A model generated the notes under the pieces. That model did not search any database. It was not told where the DNA came from and saw only the letters and a program-made list of their open reading frames with translations. The translations under genes and the position numbers were made by a program. Of a DNA stretch of 10,560 nt, positions 6,462 through 10,560 are shown piece after piece. The stretch is from Candidatus Margulisiibacteriota bacterium (GTDB lineage Bacteria; Margulisbacteria; Marinamargulisbacteria; JBFWNS01), in the NCBI GenBank assembly GCA_050250935.1, contig JBFWNS010000011.1:1-10560 (forward strand). The letters run 5' to 3'. Numbering within the stretch: position 1 is the first letter of the stretch; each line of letters begins with the position of its first letter.

Positions 6462-7531
6462 TGAAAATGGGGGGGAAGTTTTTGATACAGATCTCGAATG
6501 CGTTGGTCGCTGGATTTGGGTAGAATCATGAGGGCATCTGGGGTATCGACCACAATCAGATGGTCCACATCGACCAAACTGACCAAGGGTTTATCCGAGA
6601 ATACCACGTTGTCGTGACTGTCCAGTGCCAGCAATTGTTTGGGGCCTCGATAGGCGTTTCCAAAACGATCTTGAGGCCAAAAATCGCCCAGGGCCGACCA
6701 ATTTCCAATATCGCTCCAGCGAAAGGTGGCTGGGATCATCATGGTTTGAGACACGGCTTTTTCCATGACGGCAAAATCGATAGACAACGAGGTGATTTGG
6801 GCATACAAACGCTTAAATTTTGCACTTTGATTGGCTTGCTCTTGAAAAGACAGGGCAGCGACTTTCCCCAAACACTCAAAATCTCTGGGGTGAAAGTGCT
6901 CCAATAAACTTAAAATGTGTTTGGCTTTCCACACGAACATCCCAGAATTCCAAAAAAAACGCTTGGTGTTTACATATTGCTCGGCGGTTTCATAGTTTGG
7001 TTTTTCTCGGAACAATTTAATGGGGAAGGCTGGCAATTTTTGCTTGAGGTGTGCCCCTGAAATCTCGATGTAGCCATACCCTGTATGCGGAAAGGTTGGC
7101 TTGATCCCAATGGTGACCAGAACATCTTGCTTCGTTACCAATTGGATAGCTGCTTCAACAACCTGCTGAAAAGCGCTGGTCGAATCGATATAAGCATCTG
7201 CTGGCAGCACAACCATAATGGCATCTGGGTCTTTTTTCAGGACCTCAAGCGCCGCCCACCCTATACAGGCCATGGTATTTCGGCTTTGTGGTTCGTACAA
7301 AATTTGATCTGTGGGGTAGGGCCCCACATAAGCCTCCAAAAAGGGCTTTTGATTGATATTGGCCACCATCCACGTATTTTGGGCAGGAACAACGGTTTTA
7401 ACTCGGGTTAGAGCATCCTCTAGCAGCGTTGTTTCGCCTATGATGCTTAAAAACTGCTTGGCCTTTTTAGAGCGAGACAGTGGCCAAAACCGAGTTCCAC
7501 TTCCACCAGCCATAAGAATTGCGTGAACCAT
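6458..7531 (-). CDS. manC: Mannose-1-phosphate guanylyltransferase (no C-terminal PMI domain)
   Basis: ILMAGGSGTRFWPLSR...KQFL, EP.SRNT, PAD, TGYGYIE, FREKP, WNSGMF, SIDFAVMEK and WSDIGNW. Start is most likely ATG 7531 (or 7537); the ORF-track start at 7573 abuts the tRNA. Confidence 0.92.
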   Translation of the reverse strand: MVHAILMAGGSGTRFWPLSRSKKAKQFLSIIGETTLLEDALTRVKTVVPAQNTWMVANINQKPFLEAYVGPYPTDQILYEPQSRNTMACIGWAALEVLKKDPDAIMVVLPADAYIDSTSAFQQVVEAAIQLVTKQDVLVTIGIKPTFPHTGYGYIEISGAHLKQKLPAFPIKLFREKPNYETAEQYVNTKRFFWNSGMFVWKAKHILSLLEHFHPRDFECLGKVAALSFQEQANQSAKFKRLYAQITSLSIDFAVMEKAVSQTMMIPATFRWSDIGNWSALGDFWPQDRFGNAYRGPKQLLALDSHDNVVFSDKPLVSLVDVDHLIVVDTPDALMILPKSSDQRIRDLYQKLPPHFQ

Positions 7532-7547
7532 GGGCATAGTATAGTAT
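7519..7547 (+). promoter_or_regulatory. Putative sigma70 promoter for tRNA-Arg
   Basis: TTGCGT (7519-7524), 17 nt, then TAGTAT (7542-7547), about 30 nt upstream of the tRNA. Confidence 0.5.
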
Positions 7548-7576
7548 ATTTGCGCTGATTTGGCCGCTGTCATTTT

Positions 7577-7652
7577 GCGCCTGTAGCTCAGTGGATAGAG
7601 CGTTAGACTCCGGATCTAAAGGTCGTGGGTTCGACTCCCGCCAGGCGCACCA
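7577..7652 (+). tRNA. tRNA-Arg (anticodon CCG)
   Basis: Acceptor stem GCGCCTG/CAGGCGC, D-arm GCTC..GAGC, anticodon stem TTAGA/TCTAA with loop CT-CCG-GA (CCG at 7610-7612), T-loop TTCGACT and encoded CCA; 76 nt. Confidence 0.97.
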
Positions 7653-7704
7653 CTCCCCCCAACACACTTCATTAAAAATAGTTTGTAGTATTTCAGAATT
7701 TTTC

Positions 7705-7713
7705 TGCTATTAT
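7705..7713 (+). promoter_or_regulatory. Putative extended -10 promoter for the LolA-like gene
   Basis: TGcTATTAT in an AT-rich spacer; AGGA at 7744-7747 precedes ATG 7758. Confidence 0.35.
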
Positions 7714-7757
7714 TTACACAATTATTTTATTTTCAGCATTTTTAGGATAAAAACCCC

Positions 7758-8426
7758 ATGAAAAAATACAGTCTTGTCTTGGCTTTGTTGTTTTTACCTC
7801 GATTAATCTTGGCCGACACAACCGCAGATATTTTAAAGCATATCAAAGAACAACAAGACAAAGTTCAAGATTTTAAGGCCTATTACACACAAACGGTAAC
7901 ATCGAGTTTGATGAAAGATCCTCAAGTTGAATCTGGGGTATTTTATAAAAAGGGAGATCAGATTCGCAAAGAAACCCAAAAACCCAGTGCCAAACTTTTA
8001 ATCACAACCCGCAAATACGTGATTGAAAAAGACCTCAGCACTGGGCGTGTTAGCAAGCTAGAGTTGTCCGAAGAAGACAAAGCCAAATTGAGCCCCGAAG
8101 AAGCCATTAGCAAATTTGATTTTAAATTGGTTACCGAAAATGCCACTTCTTATTTTCTATCTGGAACCTACCAAGGATCTACTTTGGATATGGAAGTCAC
8201 GAAAGGCAGCTACCTGACCCGAAAACTGGTCATGACCTTTAACCAAATCCCCATGACCTTGCTGATGGATTACGCCCAGACCAGTGGCAATATTTATGTG
8301 CTTAGCAAAGCCACCACGACCATGAGCGTAAAAATGGGGACAACCAACAACGACATTCAAATGGTTTTAAGCTACAAGGACATCAAAAGCAACGTCGGGC
8401 TTTCCGACTCTCTGTTTGATCTCTAG
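7758..8426 (+). CDS. Secreted LolA-like (outer-membrane lipoprotein carrier fold) protein
   Basis: Signal peptide MKKYSLVLALLFLPRLILA. LolA-like pattern: F.A.Y.Q......G.FY.K...IR.E...P....I, ending LSYKDIKSNVGLSDSLF. Confidence 0.65.
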   Translation: MKKYSLVLALLFLPRLILADTTADILKHIKEQQDKVQDFKAYYTQTVTSSLMKDPQVESGVFYKKGDQIRKETQKPSAKLLITTRKYVIEKDLSTGRVSKLELSEEDKAKLSPEEAISKFDFKLVTENATSYFLSGTYQGSTLDMEVTKGSYLTRKLVMTFNQIPMTLLMDYAQTSGNIYVLSKATTTMSVKMGTTNNDIQMVLSYKDIKSNVGLSDSLFDL

Positions 8427-8455
8427 GCTTTACTAGATTTAATTTCTAGTTTTGT

Positions 8456-9991
8456 CTATTCCCATTCAATGGTTGCTGGGGGTTTTGAAGAGATGTCGTA
8501 AACCACACGATTAATCTCGGGAACTTCGTTGATGATTCTGGAGGAAATCTTTTCCAGAAGATCGTAGGGAAGTCGGGCCCAATTGGCGGTCATTGCGTCT
8601 TCGGAGGTAACCACCCGAAGCGCAATGGTATTCAGGTAGGTTCTGTTGTCGCCTTGAACCCCAACAGTTTTGATGGGAAGCAAAACGGCAAAAGCTTGCC
8701 ATACTTGGCGATACAACCCTGCTGCTTTGATTTCGTCCATGACAATTACATCTGCGTTTTGCAGAACGCGTACCCGTTCTTTGGTGACTTCGCCAATCAC
8801 ACGAATGGCCAAACCAGGTCCTGGGAAAGGTTGACGGTGAATAATTTCTTCGGGAACACCCAATTCCAAACCGGCACGACGAACCTCGTCTTTGAACAGT
8901 TTTTTAAGGGGTTCGATGATTTTAAAATCCATTTTCTCTGGCAAGCCTCCCACGTTGTGGTGGGTTTTAATTTTAACGGCTGTATTGGCCACACCAACGG
9001 TTGCTGATTCGATGATATCTGGATACAAAGTGCCTTGAGCCAAGAAAGGATATTCGTTTTTAAGTTCTTTTGCGATTTCTTCGAAACAGCGGATAAATTC
9101 TTCGCCAATGATTTTTCGTTTTTGTTCTGGGTCTGTGATGCCCACCATGCGCTTAAAAAACCGCTCTGACGCATCGACATACTTCAGATCGATGTGAAAA
9201 TCATTTTGAAACAGTTTTTGAATGCGTTCGGCTTCACCTTTGCGCATAAAGCCTTGGTCGATAAACACACAGGTTAACCGATCGCCAATGGCTTGTTTTA
9301 ACAAGGCAGACACGGTTGTCGAATCCACGCCACCAGACAAGGCACACAATACTTTTTTGTCGCCTACCTCTGCATGAATTTCTTCTAGCGCTTGTTTAAT
9401 AAAGGAACCTGCAGTCCAATCGGGGCTACAGTTGCAAATGCTATAAACAAAGTTGCGAATGACTTCGGTTCCGCTTTGGGTATGCACCACTTCTGGGTGA
9501 AATTGGACAGCATAAAATTGCTTATCGGTATTTCCCATGGCAGCAATGGGGGTGTTGTCGGTATGGCCCAACACCGAAAAACCCGCTGGCAAGTTTGTAA
9601 CACTGTCACCATGGCTCATCCAAATGGTGATTTCTTCAGGAACACCCAAAAACAAAGCCGATTCAGACTCGACCTTGAAATGGGCTTTGCCATATTCGTG
9701 CTTGCTGCCTTTAACCACATGTCCACCCAATTGTTTGGCCATAAGCTGCATGCCATAGCAAATGCCAAGCATGGGAAGCCCCATTGTAAACAAAGCTGGA
9801 TCGCATTGGGGTGCATTTTCGTGAAAAACAGAAGAAGGCCCACCCGATAGAATGATGCCCTGAACCCCTTTTTCTTTTAGCTTTTCAGGCGTAATGGTGT
9901 GAGGAACAACTTCGGAATAGACATTGGCCTCGCGAATACGTCTGGCAATTAACTCGCTGTACTGGGAACCGAAATCTAGAATGGCGATCAT
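8456..9991 (-). CDS. guaA: GMP synthase (glutamine-hydrolysing)
   Basis: [52 protein letters not shown] and C-terminal [10 protein letters not shown]. Confidence 0.98.
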   Translation of the reverse strand: MIAILDFGSQYSELIARRIREANVYSEVVPHTITPEKLKEKGVQGIILSGGPSSVFHENAPQCDPALFTMGLPMLGICYGMQLMAKQLGGHVVKGSKHEYGKAHFKVESESALFLGVPEEITIWMSHGDSVTNLPAGFSVLGHTDNTPIAAMGNTDKQFYAVQFHPEVVHTQSGTEVIRNFVYSICNCSPDWTAGSFIKQALEEIHAEVGDKKVLCALSGGVDSTTVSALLKQAIGDRLTCVFIDQGFMRKGEAERIQKLFQNDFHIDLKYVDASERFFKRMVGITDPEQKRKIIGEEFIRCFEEIAKELKNEYPFLAQGTLYPDIIESATVGVANTAVKIKTHHNVGGLPEKMDFKIIEPLKKLFKDEVRRAGLELGVPEEIIHRQPFPGPGLAIRVIGEVTKERVRVLQNADVIVMDEIKAAGLYRQVWQAFAVLLPIKTVGVQGDNRTYLNTIALRVVTSEDAMTANWARLPYDLLEKISSRIINEVPEINRVVYDISSKPPATIEWE

Positions 9992-10560
9992 TTGTACATG
10001 CCCAACTGTTGAGCTTTTTGATAGATTTTACCCTCGGTCAGAAGTGAAGGGGCTACAACCACTTCGATGCCGTGCATTTCTTTAATATTGGCCGCACCAA
10101 CTGTTGCCAAACAGGTTTTAATGGCGCCAGAAAAATTTTGAGACCCATCGTCGGTATTTGAAGGTCCCATCAAAATTTCTTTGATCGTCCCAATGGTACC
10201 CACCTGAATTCTTGAACCGCGTGGGAGTAGGGCATTGGGCGTGGCCATCCCCCAGTGAAAGCCATTTCCAGGGGCTTCTGCAGACTTGGCAATCGGCGAA
10301 CCGATCATGACCGCATCAGCACCACAGGCCAAAGACTTACAAATATCACCAGAATTAACGATTCCGCCATCTGCGACAATCGCAACATATTTGCCACTTT
10401 CGACCAAATAAGCGTCTCTTGCCGCAGCACAGGTTGCAATTGCAGACGCCATGGGAACACCGATTCCCAACACACCGCGTGTGGTACAGGCGGCGCCGGG
10501 CCCGATGCCAATAAAGACAGCGCTTACGCCAGTTCTCATCAGGTCTAGGGTAACTTCGTA
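9988..10560 (-). CDS. guaB: GuaB3-type IMP dehydrogenase family protein, 3' part (5' end outside the window)
   Basis: [19 protein letters not shown] with the catalytic Cys, [24 protein letters not shown] and HWGMATP...LPRG.RI.VG. The frame is open to the window edge ([10 protein letters not shown]). ATGA overlap with guaA. Confidence 0.88.
   Translation of the reverse strand, partial: YEVTLDLMRTGVSAVFIGIGPGAACTTRGVLGIGVPMASAIATCAAARDAYLVESGKYVAIVADGGIVNSGDICKSLACGADAVMIGSPIAKSAEAPGNGFHWGMATPNALLPRGSRIQVGTIGTIKEILMGPSNTDDGSQNFSGAIKTCLATVGAANIKEMHGIEVVVAPSLLTEGKIYQKAQQLGMYK

Noticed and set aside
7467..7667. 66-aa - strand ORF over the tRNA
   Set aside because: Typical antisense-tRNA translation (WRESNPRPLDPESNALSTEL); not a protein.
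8432..8453. Inverted repeat ACTAGA-N7-TCTAGT between the LolA-like gene and guaA
   Set aside because: The 6-bp AT-rich stem is too weak to call a terminator with confidence.
7577..8455. tRNA-Arg as an integration site for a genomic island
   Set aside because: No integrase or transposase, and no duplicated tRNA 3' end noticed in the window.
355..10548. Other short alternative-frame or antisense ORFs nested in the called genes (e.g. 355-696, 3430-3777, 6560-6907, 9392-9850)
   Set aside because: They overlap well-supported genes entirely or almost entirely and show no recognisable motifs.

Overview
Bacterial chromosomal window, mostly housekeeping genes, with one accessory operon. On the + strand are rplY, pyrE and pyrF, then a four-gene MNIO (DUF692) RiPP cluster with its own promoter: a secreted Lys/Cys-rich precursor with CKGKE(K/G) repeats, an intrinsic terminator, the DUF692 enzyme, a DUF2063 partner and a DoxX membrane protein. 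This matches the bufferin/oxazolin (bufABCD, hvfABC) architecture. Converging on it from the - strand are manC, an LpxB-like glycosyltransferase and an AraC regulator. Further along are tRNA-Arg(CCG), a secreted LolA-like protein, guaA and the 3' part of a GuaB3-type IMP dehydrogenase family gene. The most notable points are the nine-Cys polycationic precursor and a DUF692 gene whose conserved N-terminus lies upstream of any in-frame ATG/GTG/TTG, which suggests an ATT start or a 1-nt indel. All family calls come from motif recognition by eye; no searches were run.
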